Assembly: GCA_051942205.1 (NCBI GenBank)
Contig: JAVECO010000054.1
Location: 1 to 64,000 of the forward strand
Direction of reading: 5' to 3'
DNA length: 64,000 bases
Source: Coniocarpon cinnabarinum
Taxonomy: Eukaryota
Part shown: positions 38,537 through 51,443 of the stretch, piece after piece
How the letters are laid out: each line of letters opens with the position of its first letter
Position numbering within the stretch: position 1 is the stretch's first letter
Program-made: the position numbers and the translations under genes
The notes under the pieces: model-generated
Seen by the model: only the letters and a program-made list of their open reading frames with translations
Told to the model about the DNA's origin: nothing
Databases searched by the model: none

Positions 38537-39589
38537 ATGCCTGCCGCAGTTGACTGGAGTTGGGGTCAAGCCATCCACTCCCCCACGCCTTTCATCTCTG
38601 ATGTGATGCTCCCACAAGACCCTCATACCAACGCTTGGCCATCTCAGCACCCTTCAGCCCCCCCCAACTCTACCGGTCAAGCCGATCTGTGGAACCATGG
38701 CTTCAAAGTCAATGCCTTTCGAACTGCAGTCCCCACCCCAGAAACCTCTGCGGGCATGCCGCCCTTGGAACTTCAATCGCAACATCTTCGACGGCAGCCC
38801 ATGGCTGGTCGCAAACGTTCCCGCGCAGATGTCTTTGAGGAGGACTCCTCCGATCCGCACAGCGCGTCATCGTCAGAAGGAAACTCTAGCTCACCGAATA
38901 AGATCTTTCGTACCGACGAGGAAGCATTGAACGCGTCCGAGCAGAACGGTGTGCGCGCGGAAGAGTTGGCGGAGAAATTGCGCGCCAGTGCCTTCGCTGA
39001 CGCGTCCGGTCGTCCTCCTGCGCTTGAAGCCCGCAAGAGCATTCGTCTTGATCCAGACGCGACAGACATTGAGCGACACCAGCTTCAGCTGCAAAATAAT
39101 GAGATGTTGATTGAACAAGAATCTCCAGCACAAGCGGTTGGCATTAGTGACCATCAGCGCGGTCCATCCGGCCACGACGAAGCATCCTTAACCCTTGGTG
39201 TAGGCTGGGCCAGCATCCCCGCAACACCCCTCATGCTAGCTGCTGCTCGTGGTTGGGCACGTTATGTGGAGTCTGTCTTTCCGTTGCGAAATGCGAAGAT
39301 CGTCTGGAAGAACGAAGGCTTGAACGCGCTCCTGGTGAGCGCAGTGACATTGGAGATATCATCCCAGGGTCAGCTGCTTCCTGGAAGTCCGGGGTATTAC
39401 CTTTTCGATGAGAGCCTGGCTCAAGGCAAACTGGTTGCAAAGAGCTGGGAACGCGCTCTGGACAATTTGCGTGCGAAGCCAATGCAATATGACGGTCTTG
39501 GCATTATGGAGGCGGAAAACCCCGCCACGAATACATGGGCGGATGCGGAGCTGTCGACGGACCGCGCCATGGGTATGGAGATTGATTGA
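38537..39589 (+). CDS. Conserved-looking fungal hypothetical protein
   Basis: 350-aa single ORF with NLS-like 'AGRKRSR' and a structured C-terminal block 'LGVGW..AARGWARYVE..GYYLFDE..QGKLVAKSW'. Confidence 0.75.
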   Translation: MPAAVDWSWGQAIHSPTPFISDVMLPQDPHTNAWPSQHPSAPPNSTGQADLWNHGFKVNAFRTAVPTPETSAGMPPLELQSQHLRRQPMAGRKRSRADVFEEDSSDPHSASSSEGNSSSPNKIFRTDEEALNASEQNGVRAEELAEKLRASAFADASGRPPALEARKSIRLDPDATDIERHQLQLQNNEMLIEQESPAQAVGISDHQRGPSGHDEASLTLGVGWASIPATPLMLAAARGWARYVESVFPLRNAKIVWKNEGLNALLVSAVTLEISSQGQLLPGSPGYYLFDESLAQGKLVAKSWERALDNLRAKPMQYDGLGIMEAENPATNTWADAELSTDRAMGMEID

Positions 39590-41856
39590 GGACCGAAAAG
39601 TGGGCGAAAGCATTTGCAGGAGTTTAATGGATCTGAGCAACTGGGTCATGCCCCAGCATTCGGGACACAGGGATCTGAAATGGGATATAGCGCCAGGTTC
39701 GCGCACGTGTTGAATAGGAATCGCTGTAGGAGCCATACGCTTCTGCGCGCTGGCTAGAGGATTCCTCAGTTGCAATGGCAGGCTGGACTGGTCACTTAGT
39801 TAGAGCCCGTAGTGCTTCAGTGCAACTGATCTTGTACTTTTGCAATATTCGAGGCAGACACAATTCTGTCCTGGGACCTTTTTGAGCAGGGGCAAAATCG
39901 AGACGACAGTTGACCACGAGCCCACTATGATCCCCCGTTTTCTCCAACATTGCGAATCCAATGACGTTTGTTGGCTCAGTGCAATTAGGAGGATGTATTT
40001 GCACACTGGCTGCCGGTGGCTTGCCGTGCGCCGTGGTTCCTAGCTGTGGGTCCTTCCCCAGCTGGAACACAGAAGGATATCCTTGCTGTGTTCAATTCGA
40101 AATTCAAGGTGTCGCATACTTTCATCTGGGTGATGGGAGTGCACGTGCTGTGCAGTCACACTCGGCAAGGTAACGATATTTTAGGCCCATATGCCGAGAC
40201 GCATCCTTTCGCTTACCTCGTGCTCTCCTCCATGGACTCTGCACATACATACCACATTGTACCGACCATGCAGTTTACATTCTGCAGATCCGGTCCGCAT
40301 CGGCAAAATGGCTTAGTCTGCTCAGCTCCATGGACACTGTGCCCAGATCTCTCAACATCCTGACCAACTCGACCACGTGCCGTTGCTGAATCGCGATCTT
40401 GGACCGCGCACGCTGCACAGCTTTCTTAGCGGCGCATTGACGCTGGCCACATTCCTTCGCAAAGCCCGTGTAGGCAGCTCTGCAAGAAGACAGTGTCCAC
40501 CTTGCGAGCCGCAGACGGAGCCGTGGATCGCACAGGATCGTGACAGGTGCAGAAAGGTCCTTCTCGATGCGTGTCAACGGACGGAGAACTCCTCAGTCCA
40601 TTCTCTCACTTGACCGTTCAATATTGACGGTGCGCCTACCAATCGTTCTCGGCACTGGTAATAGCTCTTTAGCACTCACGAGATTGACCAGCGAATAGCG
40701 TCCGATTTGCTTGCAGTGGCCCGACGGTGGGGCGAGAGTAGTGTGCGCTTGTCTAGTCATTGAGCGGACAGCGCATTGGTCAAGCAACGGACCCGAGGCT
40801 CATGCATGGCCCGCGGCGGAAAGCCCGCCCTCGACCTTCCTCCTCCCATCTAGACCATGAGGTATAGTACCAAAGATCGTGGCGCAAATGCTTCATCATG
40901 GCTTTCATTTGTTCCGTGATTTCTGAAGTTTTGGATGCGAATTTTGATCCTAGCATCACATTGTAAGCAAGACGCTCCTACACCTCTAGTATAATAATCT
41001 GACTCCACCGAATCACGAAAGGTCTGCGCACAATGATTTCAGAATCATTTCTCGCTTACGCCACGACCTACGAGACCTCCCCCCTCGAGCCTCAAGGATT
41101 AGACTTCCACCTTCCCACTTTCATTCTAGATTCACTGACGAAACACCAGAGGATCCGCCATCCCGCCTGCGGTGCTCGCCCCTGTTTGGTCGCAATGCCA
41201 CGCTTCATGCAAGCCACCATATTCCTTCGCATTTCCTTACCATCACATCGCCTGAGCCCCGACCGCTTTGCAATCACCCCATCCCAAAGCCACGCCTCGT
41301 GGCCGCGCCGGCTCCCGAACTTTATGTTCAGTCGTGCTCGTTGTGCCTCGACAATGCAATGATTCAAGCCAGGTGGATTTTCCAGTTCATCGCTTGTCAT
41401 CCTCTGTCATTCGCTGCGCGTACCTGTTTTCCACTTTCCACAATCCACGTCCCCACATCTACCCGTTTGCAAGATTCCCTGTCCGCTGTAGGCTTATCCA
41501 TCATCCTTCCTCTGCAAAGCGGCATCCTTTGCCTTCTCCATGGTGAGCGGCAAAACCGCATCATAGACATTTAGTCTGCTCATCTTTATCTGGCCGTGTC
41601 CAACCCTCTAAAAGGTCATCTTCCCGGACCAAGACACTAAGAGTGTTTAAGCATCTACCCTTCCTATACGATAGCGCAGGAACGTGTGGGCTTTTCACTT
41701 TTCTTCGGCTGGCACCATTCACATTCTGCGCCTGTTCGGCACAAGCTCAACTCGGGTCCTCCAGTACGAACCTTGATGCGCGCACCTCCGGCGGGCAAAA
41801 GCAACGTCTGTGGACCTTCCTCTTGTTCCTGACCTACTGCCTCTCAAGCTGTCCAA

Positions 41857-43398
41857 ATGTTTGGTGAAGATGTTCAGGAACATGCATGGCCTGAAGCTGT
41901 GGGACCCATGGGTCCCTACGGCGGCTTTGGGCCGACAATCATGGCAATCGCATGGTCTATTTTCGCTTTGGCGACTTTGTTGCTGAGCTTGCGTTTTATC
42001 ACTCGTTATCTTATCCAAAGGCATGCCGGGTGGGCTCTCACATGGACCTTCATCACATGGGTAAGCAATCTGTGGCCTTGAGTCCAACCTTGACATTGGA
42101 GGCGTGCTGACGAAGCTGCTAGATGATTGGCTTCATATCACAGGCAGTCTTCACAGTTGCCGTATATAGGAGCATTGATGGCTTCTCGGACTCCTGGACG
42201 GTTCCCACAGCGCTGAGGTATACCTGGGTGGCCATTTACCTCACGTTTATTGCCATAGGCATCGGCAAATTTGCTGTCATTGCCTTTATTCTGGCCATAC
42301 AAGGGACAACGCATCATCGGCAGCGATACTTTCTGTACTTCGTGGGCGCCTCCAACATCACTTTGAACGTCGTCTACGTTTTCTTCCTGGCCTTGCGGTG
42401 TCATCCGGTGTCTGACATGTATGTCTTGGGCGCTGCGACCTCATGTGTTGGAAGCAACATCCAAGCACGCAATTTTGGTTATTTCGTTGGATGTAAGTCG
42501 ACGCTTTGAAATCCTTGTCATTGGTTGCTTAGCTAACGATGTGCACTCAGCCTGGAACACTGCTTCGGATTTCATATTGGCATTATACCCCATTTATTTG
42601 TTCTGGAATATTCAAATCGCATCCCATGTCAAATGGGGCATTACTTCCGTCATGGCCATTGGGCTCGTTGCCTGCGCCATGGCTGCGACGAAAACATGGG
42701 ATCTCATGTTTGTCTACAATACCACGCGCCTCAACTACGAGCTCTACTGCATTCTCACGTGGTCGTACGTTGAAGTCTGGTGCACAATCATTACATGCTC
42801 AATCCCGCCGCTGTGGCCGTTGGCCAAGCGGGTCATCAGTGGCTCTCGAGCCGGATTCAGTGCCGCCAAGGGATGGGTCAGTTCTGGAGCCGAGTCTCAA
42901 TCTGGAGGAGGATGGAGTCGAGTCAGCAGGAGGAATACCATGAACCTCATCGGTCACGGCCACGCTCGTGTGACCTCCTCTGCGAAAGCAGGCCGTTGCG
43001 ACTCGACCGACAAAGACGTAGAACTTCTGAAACACCCGCAAGCCATCCCTCGCTCCGTCAGTCGAGCACGCGCCGAAGCCGGATGCGAGAGCCAGGTCTT
43101 GCCCGATTCAGATCGCAAGGGAGCGTCCCGCGCGAGAGATCAAAGCATCAATAGTCGTAAGAATGGCAAGTCGCTTATGGCATCTGCAGCAAGTGATGAG
43201 TCCGAGGTGTACGACGTCTACGAGCCCGAGAGAGGCATCATGATGGCGAAGGATGTGGGAAGACCTGGCATTGTTGTGACGAAGGAGTACAGCGTCGAGA
43301 CTGAGCGGGCAAGAGAAGACGAACGAGGATGGGCTTCTTCTGACTTTGGGTCGGGAAGACCGATGCGATATAATTGGGACGACCCTAGATCTGTATGA
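41857..43398 (+). CDS. Pth11-like (fungal rhodopsin-domain) integral membrane protein without CFEM, 3 exons
   Basis: Introns 42061-42122 and 42493-42550; about 7 TM segments; 'LRFITR', 'GKFAV', 'CHPV', 'SDFILALYP', 'WSYVEV..IITCSIPPLWPL'; disordered C-tail. Confidence 0.85.
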
Positions 43399-44239
43399 TA
43401 TACGTCACATATTGAACGAGCATGAGCATGATATTGTACGATGGAACGTCTTTAATTAGGCTGAGCAGTTTGAATGGTCTAAAACTGCCAATCGTTTCAG
43501 CGTGAGCGTACCCAGTGTTTCGTCGAAAAATTATCTCAAGGATTGGAAACCCCCACAAAGACCTGAAAATTGGGGACAATGGTGTGACATTTACGCTGTA
43601 GCATTTGCGCCACCATCTTTGATGCCAAACCTCCGTCGACTTCATGTTCGTACGGTAGATGCAAGAGATATGCCTTCAGCGACGAGCCTCTACGATAAGG
43701 CAATTTCTAGTTATAAAGCGATGGACACATATCAGCGACGCTCCCTATGCCCTATAGAGCGCTGAATTGTGGTGCGGCTAGGACTGTTGTTTATGGCCGT
43801 TGCGGTAAGCCTGATGGATCGAAGTCGTTACCGGGCCTTAGTCTACGCGACGAGCGCGTACGACAATTGGAACTCCAGTAACATAGCTATAGGTATTACG
43901 GCCAAAGCCTTTTACGACTTACAAGGTGCTGAATTTTCATGCGGCGCGTGCTCTCCTACAAGGACCACGGTTGGGTCGCATCAGTTATGGAAGAAAAGTT
44001 CCACAGTCAGGTTGTTGTAGTAGAAGCACACCTAGTATCCACTCGACAATTTAACGCTAAAATTGAATATCTTGACAATGTCCAAAAAGTTGAAGAGAAT
44101 AGTGTAATATTTGCGCTGCAGCATTTGCGCCACTCCGACCTGGTTGCGCTCAAGCTGCAGCTTTCATCGTAGGCAGGGTCTGATTTCTTCATGGAATTCA
44201 ATGTCAAAGACTTGGAGGAATTATATCTAGCCTGACGAT

Positions 44240-45558
44240 ATGGCTGCTGTGTCTAATTACGAAGCAGCTGCGGCAGCGGCGCGAAGCATCCGCGACGCCC
44301 TACCACAGCCGCTGCACCACCCACACATCGGGATCATCTGCGGCTCAGGACTAGGCGGTCTACAGCATTCTGTCATACAGGCTACGGACGAGCCTCGCCA
44401 TGAGCTACAGTACGACAGCATTCCAGGAATGCCGGTGCCGAGCGGTACGTGAGGTATGTTGGTACTGCACACGTTTCTTGACAGGGAAGATGCTGTGTCC
44501 AGTGGGAAGTCAGACACTAATTCAAACGCATAGTGGAGGGGCATGAGGGCAAAATGGTGGTGGGCATGATGGGCTCGAGGCAAAACCAACGTATACCGGT
44601 CGTACTGCTTGTAGGCCGAGCTCAGTAGGCTTATCCGCCATATCAGCCAACAAGTCGATGCTGCTCCAGATGCTGACAAGCCGTTCGCAACAGTTTCTAC
44701 GAAGGCCATAGTTTGGACACCGTCACCTTTGCAACGCGGGTCCTGCGATGCCTTGACGTACGCATTCTCATTGGTCGGTGGAAGCTCGTCTTTTGATTCT
44801 GCCAAATGTACGCTGACATGTTTCGCACCGCAGTCACCAATGCCGCTGGCGGCCTGAACCCCGACTATAACGTTGGCGATATCATGCTCTTGTCGGATCA
44901 TCTGAACCTTGCAGGGCTCTCAGGCTCTCATCCTCTGCTGGGTCCCAACGATGATCGTTTAGGCCCACGGTTTCCCGCTCTGAGCGATGCATACGACCTT
45001 GGTCTTCGGCGGCGCGTCGTACGAGTATGGCAGACCCTGTATGAGTCAGCAGGGACCAGTTCGGTTGAAAAAGCTGGTGACGACGGGGGAAGTCAGATCA
45101 GGTCCGCATCAGCCACGCATCCAAGTGGAGGACCTGTAAAAATCAAGGCAATAGTCGGAGCAAACAGCAATGCAAGATCATCACAAGGCCCACGCCGTCT
45201 CCATGAGGGCACATACGCCTTTGTCTGCGGCCCAAGCTACGAAACGAGGGCAGAAGCGCGGATGCTTCGCCTGCTGGGTGCAGACGCCGTGGGTATGTCA
45301 ACAGTGCCCGAGGTCATCGTCGCAAGGCACACTGGCATGCGGGTGGTTGCTGCCAGCCTGATCACTAATATGGTGGTTCTCGATGCGGTGATGAGAGGCA
45401 GTGATGAGGCCATCGTCGAGATGTCAGAAGCGCAGATGGAGTCGAAACTTGGAGAGGGCAAGGCCAATCATGAGGAGGTGATGGACGAGGGAAGGAGAGC
45501 GGCCGAGGTGATGGTTGAGCTCATCCAGGCGCTCGTAGAAGATCTCGCTGGGCAATGA
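44240..45558 (+). CDS. PNP1: Purine nucleoside phosphorylase, 4 exons
   Basis: '[10 protein letters not shown]', 'VEGHEG', 'GRAHFYEGH', 'VTNAAGGLN', 'GPSYET', '[12 protein letters not shown]', 'SLITN', 'ANHEEV'; three GT-AG introns (~44445-44532, ~44625-44693, ~44773-44833). Confidence 0.9.
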
Positions 45559-47469
45559 GCAAGTAAAAGCCCAAGGTATGGGCTCCCTGCGGCTAATGAA
45601 GTAGTGTCTCACGCGAGTTGACAAGCATGTCAGTATCAGCAGGCGATAGAAGCAAGGCATGTACGCATCAATCAAGCAACCCCCGCTATGGCTTTGGACC
45701 TCTCGAATCAAGAAGGAATCCGTCTCATTTGACTATGAACCTTCCAATTGAATTGTGTCGAACCTGTCTGCAAAGTGCATGTGAGTTCTAAGTTGCTTGA
45801 GAAAGCTCATTGCTAGTAGCAAACATGGGACAGAAGACGTGGCTGCTTGAGCTACATCTCCCAACATAGGTGTCTGGGCTAAACCCCTTTACCCTCATGA
45901 TCATTCGCTTTACTTACCACCAAATCCTCAAGCCACGTCTTTTGCATTACCTTTTTAGCAGACCCGATCCCTGCAGAGTGAAGGCTTCCGGATGAAAGTA
46001 CTCACCGCATTTTTATCTGGTGCCTCACAGTGCTCACTTGGCTTCCCCTTCCCTGTTCACGATCTCAGCAACCTGAACGTTCTTCGGTCCTGGACTTTCA
46101 ACTAGATCTGGGCGCCGTTGCGCAGGATACAAAATGCTGCAACGACTTCTATGCCTTACTCTTGCTCAGGACGAACGACATGTGGAAGAAGTAATGCTTT
46201 TTGAAAATGGATGCTTGACACTAATGATCAAATACATGTCACTGAGAATTAGGCGAATTCTGAGCTACAGGCCCTTACTGCGTCAAACCAATGCCTCTTC
46301 AGTTCCCCTCATACCTCCGGAGCCGCCGTAAACGCCTTGATCAGCTCAACTTGACTGACCTAACATTCTCTTTCGATCTGTAGGAACCCAGTCAGAACGA
46401 CTTAGCGCAAGCCAATCTTCTGAGACATGGCGCATCATTATCGCAGATCAGCAGCACCCTCTCCTATCTCGACGTATACTCGTAAAATTTGCTACGTTGC
46501 TCTAGTGTCGAATGCTCGCGTGTGTATCGTGCTGAAGCCGATGAGCCTTTCATACTATCTTGCATGATTAGATGCTTAACGATACTATCGCGGTATTCTA
46601 TGTCTCGTTCCTAATGTTTGCCCTGAATCTCGCGCTCGCCTTGCTAACTTAGATTGGCCGAGTCTAACAGCAACAACCCTCTTCGCGATACTGCATCCGT
46701 TATTAGCTTATTCATTAGCTCGACAAGAGCTAGAACACGCTGTAGCGTAGCGCGTTATAACAAAGGGCACGAATAGTACTAAATAAGCATGTTAACAAGA
46801 AATAATAGAAATGCACTATAGAAGAGGCGCTATAATAAGGTAAAAATATTTCATAGCTTAATTATACCCTTAGATTTTACTAAATTTTATCTATAATTTA
46901 TTATCTTTAGAAAGTTTAGCTGCCTATAAGGTCCCCGATGTGCTAGTTAAATATTCTACCCTTAGATAGCCTATGAACAAAGAATGTTAGCGTCTATATA
47001 TTTTAGTTAAGCTCAATCGCCGCCTTGATGCTGTTGTTCTTATAGAATTACTATAAGCGAGATTACTGCTGTTATTGACAACTCGTTGACAGCAGGTGCC
47101 ACTCTTATATTTAGGCGCCTATACATCTCTCCCTTCAGGTTCTGATGTGCAAAAACAACATCGCATAGAGAGTCTGCCCTGGCGCAGCGCATGAACGTCA
47201 ACTAGCAAAACCATCAAATGAAAGCACAGAGAAAGCCAGTTTTAAAGCTTGCTAGCCATATCATGTCATTCAATCATACAAGCACATCCATCCGTATATC
47301 ATTGGGGTATCACGTCTCCACACATCAGCCCTCTCAACAACCCTCCTATCAAATAATCAACGCTCCAAATACCCAACTCTTAAACTCCCATATGTCTTGC
47401 CCATGCTATCTTCTGTCCACCCTCTCAAGATACTGGACCAGCCAGCGTCCTTGGAACACCCTCGCCCCT

Positions 47470-49380
47470 TCAGGTTCCCCACAACCAACTCCAGTCCCCT
47501 TCCTCCAACCGTGTACAATACAACCCCTCTCCCCCGCCCTCGCCCTCCAGAAAACTCCGACACAAAGGCCTCGTTGCGTCCCGCGCACCAGCCTTGAGCT
47601 CGTCCGTCCGTCGCTCAAAGCGCTTTAGGTTATCTCGACTGTACAGTTCGACCGGTGCTTGATGCTTTAAAAAGTGCTTTAGTTCGGTCCGCGGCAAGTA
47701 CGCCTCGCCTCCTTGCATCATGAGATGATACGGCCGTCCTGGGATCGCTGGAGTGGGTTTGACTTTGCCATCAGCTCGCGCGCTCGCCGAAGGTGGTGGC
47801 GAAGTTTTGAGAATGCCAGACTTTGCAGCTAGTGGTGTCTGTTCCGCTAGCCATTCACGAAAGAGACACATCGCCATCCAATCCACAAAATGCGCTGGTC
47901 CGACTTTCTCTCCGCGGCTCGTTCGCAGTGACAGCCGGAAGAGCCTCCCGTCGACTTTCTGTCGAAGCTCGGTCAGCTCCTCATGCTTGTCCAGTACGAG
48001 ATCGCGCACGCGCTCGTCCACGTCCGTGAGATATTTATCATGGACCGGCCACTGCGCGACGACGTGAACGAGCGCCTCGTGAAAGATCTTGCGACTTTGG
48101 AGGAGATGGCCGAGTTTGAGGTAGGAAGGCGGGTAGCGGGCGATGTTGCGGTAGAGACTCTTGTGGAAATGGAGGAGGTGGTGCTCGATTCTGGGACGCA
48201 CAATGGGGAGGGTGCCATAGAGGGTTGCCAAGCGGAGGAGGAGCTTCGACTGGACGTAGGCATCGGGTAGGGAATTGGGATCGAGAGCGGGAGGATGGTT
48301 GTAGATGGTCGCAAGGAGAGAAGCGTACGTATGGAGGATGTCGGTCTCCTCTTCGTCGTTGGCAGGAGGCGGAATGACGGTCGCGGATGAAGGATTGGCG
48401 TGATTCGTTGCTGAAGAAGACGAGTGTGAACGACGGCGATTCGTGAGGTTTCTGAGGAACGAGTGAGCATGGCTTTCATGCTGAGGCTGTTCTGCGCGTG
48501 TCGGTGAATGAGACGGCGAGGTCGACTGGCGCGGGACCAGCATAGGAAAGCCGTCGCGAGACGCCGCGCTCGACCAGTCGAGCTCGAAGCGCCATCGCGG
48601 TGGATTCGCGTTTTGTGCGTCTGTCTCATTTGCGGAATCCTGTCGCTCAGTGCGCCGTTTGCTTGAGCGTGCTGAGAACGTAGACTTGGCGCGCTGGCCG
48701 CGGTAGTCAGGATGTATCGACTCTTGCCCTCGACCTCCCAGCGTTGTTGCGGAGTCCGCGCCCGCAGTCACAACGCCGTCCAATTTATCGTCGAACCATT
48801 TTGAGTTCTGTCTCAGAATCAAGTTGTGGAGCTTGTACCGTCTCTCCGTTCGACCGTGTCGGTTCTTCAGCGTAATCTCGACGTCGCCACTCTGCTCGAA
48901 CCAAGGAAACTCATTGCTCTGCCTGTCATTTTCTCCGCTTGTCGATGACTCGACAGATCGAGCTCTGGAGCCAGACCGTCTCGTAAAGTGATGTCTCGAC
49001 TCCGCTTGAGACTGCGCATGATGTCGCTGCCTCCCATGCCGTGCAGCCTCAGTCGCTCTTGAAGGCGCTACACTGGGCGCGCCTCGCGACTTGGGATATT
49101 GCGACTGCGCATAGCTCTCCGGCAGCCGAGGCGCAACATACGAAGACGGAGGGGAAGAGGCGTACGAGTGAGAGAGGGGTGGCGAAGGAGGAAACGTCGT
49201 CGGAGGATAGTGAGGTGCTGGCGGACGATATGATGACGGCGCATAGCGCGAGGCCGTCGTTGAAGGAGCTTTCGAGTGTGCGCGCGACGAGTGGCGTCGA
49301 GGTGGAGGTGGCAGTGATCCGGTGACGGTGGAGAGCGAGGCGCTGCTCAACGACGGCGACGGTGGTACGTGTGTGACCAT
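47470..49380 (-). CDS. Fungal BTB/POZ-like domain protein
   Basis: 636-aa ORF; 'GDVEITL...YKLHNLILRQNSKWF' is a BTB-like start; helical block 'LATIYNHPP...IFHEALVHVVAQW'. Confidence 0.7.
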   Translation of the reverse strand: MVTHVPPSPSLSSASLSTVTGSLPPPPRRHSSRAHSKAPSTTASRYAPSSYRPPAPHYPPTTFPPSPPLSHSYASSPPSSYVAPRLPESYAQSQYPKSRGAPSVAPSRATEAARHGRQRHHAQSQAESRHHFTRRSGSRARSVESSTSGENDRQSNEFPWFEQSGDVEITLKNRHGRTERRYKLHNLILRQNSKWFDDKLDGVVTAGADSATTLGGRGQESIHPDYRGQRAKSTFSARSSKRRTERQDSANETDAQNANPPRWRFELDWSSAASRDGFPMLVPRQSTSPSHSPTRAEQPQHESHAHSFLRNLTNRRRSHSSSSATNHANPSSATVIPPPANDEEETDILHTYASLLATIYNHPPALDPNSLPDAYVQSKLLLRLATLYGTLPIVRPRIEHHLLHFHKSLYRNIARYPPSYLKLGHLLQSRKIFHEALVHVVAQWPVHDKYLTDVDERVRDLVLDKHEELTELRQKVDGRLFRLSLRTSRGEKVGPAHFVDWMAMCLFREWLAEQTPLAAKSGILKTSPPPSASARADGKVKPTPAIPGRPYHLMMQGGEAYLPRTELKHFLKHQAPVELYSRDNLKRFERRTDELKAGARDATRPLCRSFLEGEGGGEGLYCTRLEEGDWSWLWGT

Positions 49381-50118
49381 GTTGGGATCTCATCTGACGA
49401 ACAGCTGTTCAAACTCAATCGCACTTCTTGATCCAAGCACTTATGTTCCCAGCTCCAGCTGTAATCTTGTTTCCAGGTTTGCAATGGCAAACGGCGTCAC
49501 ATGTCACGCAAACGCATCACTGCGCTGCGGTCTCGAGAGCGACGCAGGTTTGTCATTCACTTGTGAATCTACTAGATGGCGCGACAAAGCCAGACAAGGA
49601 GCCTGATTTTCACAAGGAAAAACCACAGAACACATCCATAGTGCGGAGGGCACTCTGGGGAAAAAGGTGGTGGGCTGCGTCGCATTCCATCCATTGCGCG
49701 CATGACCAACCAACGTGGATTCTTGGCATATCTTCAATGTCTACTAACCGCATTGGATCACTAGCTTGTTGCTTAAAACCTGCGCTAGTCATGCACCTTT
49801 GCTCGGATCACCGGCAAGATCGAGTTGATGGGCACATTACATGGAGACAAGCATCAAACAAGTTTGAAGAGGTATGAGAAGCCACACTGGGCCCACTGAG
49901 ATTTCATTGCTTTCGTTTCTCATACACTCTGATATCTGTGGAAAGGGGTAAAGGCTAGAGGACACAGAAAGCTGTTATCCAATTGCCGCAGAATAGAAGC
50001 AAAACCCGGGCGTTTGACAAAACGCAATAGAGACATTATCTCAAGCAGAAGGTAACACGAGAACAGCTCGGCGTAACGCAGCAGCGACCATGCGCCATTG
50101 CAAAGTAGGGTTGGGACA

Positions 50119-51443
50119 TCAGTCCTTGTTGAAGGTCAGCTTGATGGCCTGAATGGGACCGTAAGCCGCATAAGTGACAATCAACGTCTTTCCAGTCGGA
50201 TCATACTGCGTGTGAGCAGCTGGCGAATAGATCGCAATTGGCTGAGGCGTAAGACAGTCCTCGTGATAGACCTTCTGCAGCTCACTCCAGGGACCATGAA
50301 TGTTGACTGACGTCTGGATGCCCAAACCCCACATGTCGAGAGGATCGCGACTGAGGGAGACCCACTTGAAGAGGTACGGGTTCCAGAAGATCTGACCAGG
50401 GGGCACACCTTGCAAGATGGCTTGCGAAGGTGTGGGGTTCTTCAAACGCTCGGGAGTGTAGGCTTGGCCATTCCAATAAGTGTATTGACTCAGATCAGTG
50501 GCACCATTCTTTGGGACACGACCGGCGTAGACGTTCAACTGGCTGTCGATATCGCCTCCCATCATTCCACCAAAGAAGTAGAGAAAACCGTCCATACCAT
50601 CGACAACGTTGTGATCGCCCCAGAGAGGTTCTTCGCTGGCATCCCACCAAAGCTGTTCTTTGCGAGTGCAGGTAGGAAAGTCACCAGAAGCGTCGATGAT
50701 GCCGATGCCGGCGCCCAGCATGTGATCCTTGGAAGTGCCGTCACCGTTCATGGTGCGGTTATTCATAGCGGTGAAGATGATGCCAGTGTTTTCGCCAGTC
50801 TCGATGACGTTGCTGGTACCGATGGCGAAGAACTACACGGACAATGAGCCTTGGCGTGAGAGACGATGAAGAAATGAGGGATATACTTACGACGTTGTCC
50901 TGTTCCTCGGGAATGTCCATCTTGGCACAGAATTGTTGGGAGCGATCGCCGCCGGTCAGGTTGAAGTCTTGCACGATGAGTGGGTTATCAGTGTCGAGAG
51001 CTGCAGAGTTGGAGCCGACGAAGTTTGCGCCGTCCCACTGTTTGATGTCAGCGTTCATGCGAACAGATAGATGCATGCGACTCGTAATTTTCAAAAGCCA
51101 TAAAGGATCACAATCTTTGAACGATGGAGGGCTGAGTGTGCGCGCGCAAATGACTTACACAATTGTCAAGCTGAGCCCCCTCGGGACATTGAGAGGTATC
51201 ACCGTACGTGTTGACTTCAAACTTGCCCACACGTCCATGAAAGCCCACATCACGGGAGGAACGGGAATCGGGAGCGGTGACATTGCCAAGAAGTTCAACA
51301 GTGGCATTGCCTTCACAAGGAGTATTTTGAGCAGGGCCCTGAGAATCGTGGGTCCAGAATTTGGCGACAGGAACGCCACCGGTTTGAGAAAGGGCAGGCA
51401 CAGCCAGGGCCGCCGAGATGCCGAGGAATCGAAGGAAAGACAT
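50119..51443 (-). CDS. Secreted DUF4185-like (beta-propeller) protein, 3 exons
   Basis: Signal peptide MSFLRFLGISAALAVPALS; introns 51158-51038 and 50890-50833 keep the frame; 'NTYGDT', 'YFFGG', 'YAGRVP..DLSQYTYWNG', 'WNPYL', 'GPWS', 'YSPAAH'. Confidence 0.7.

Noticed and set aside
39800..41600. Several short ORFs upstream of the Pth11-like gene
   Set aside because: No consistent splice model or family motif found.
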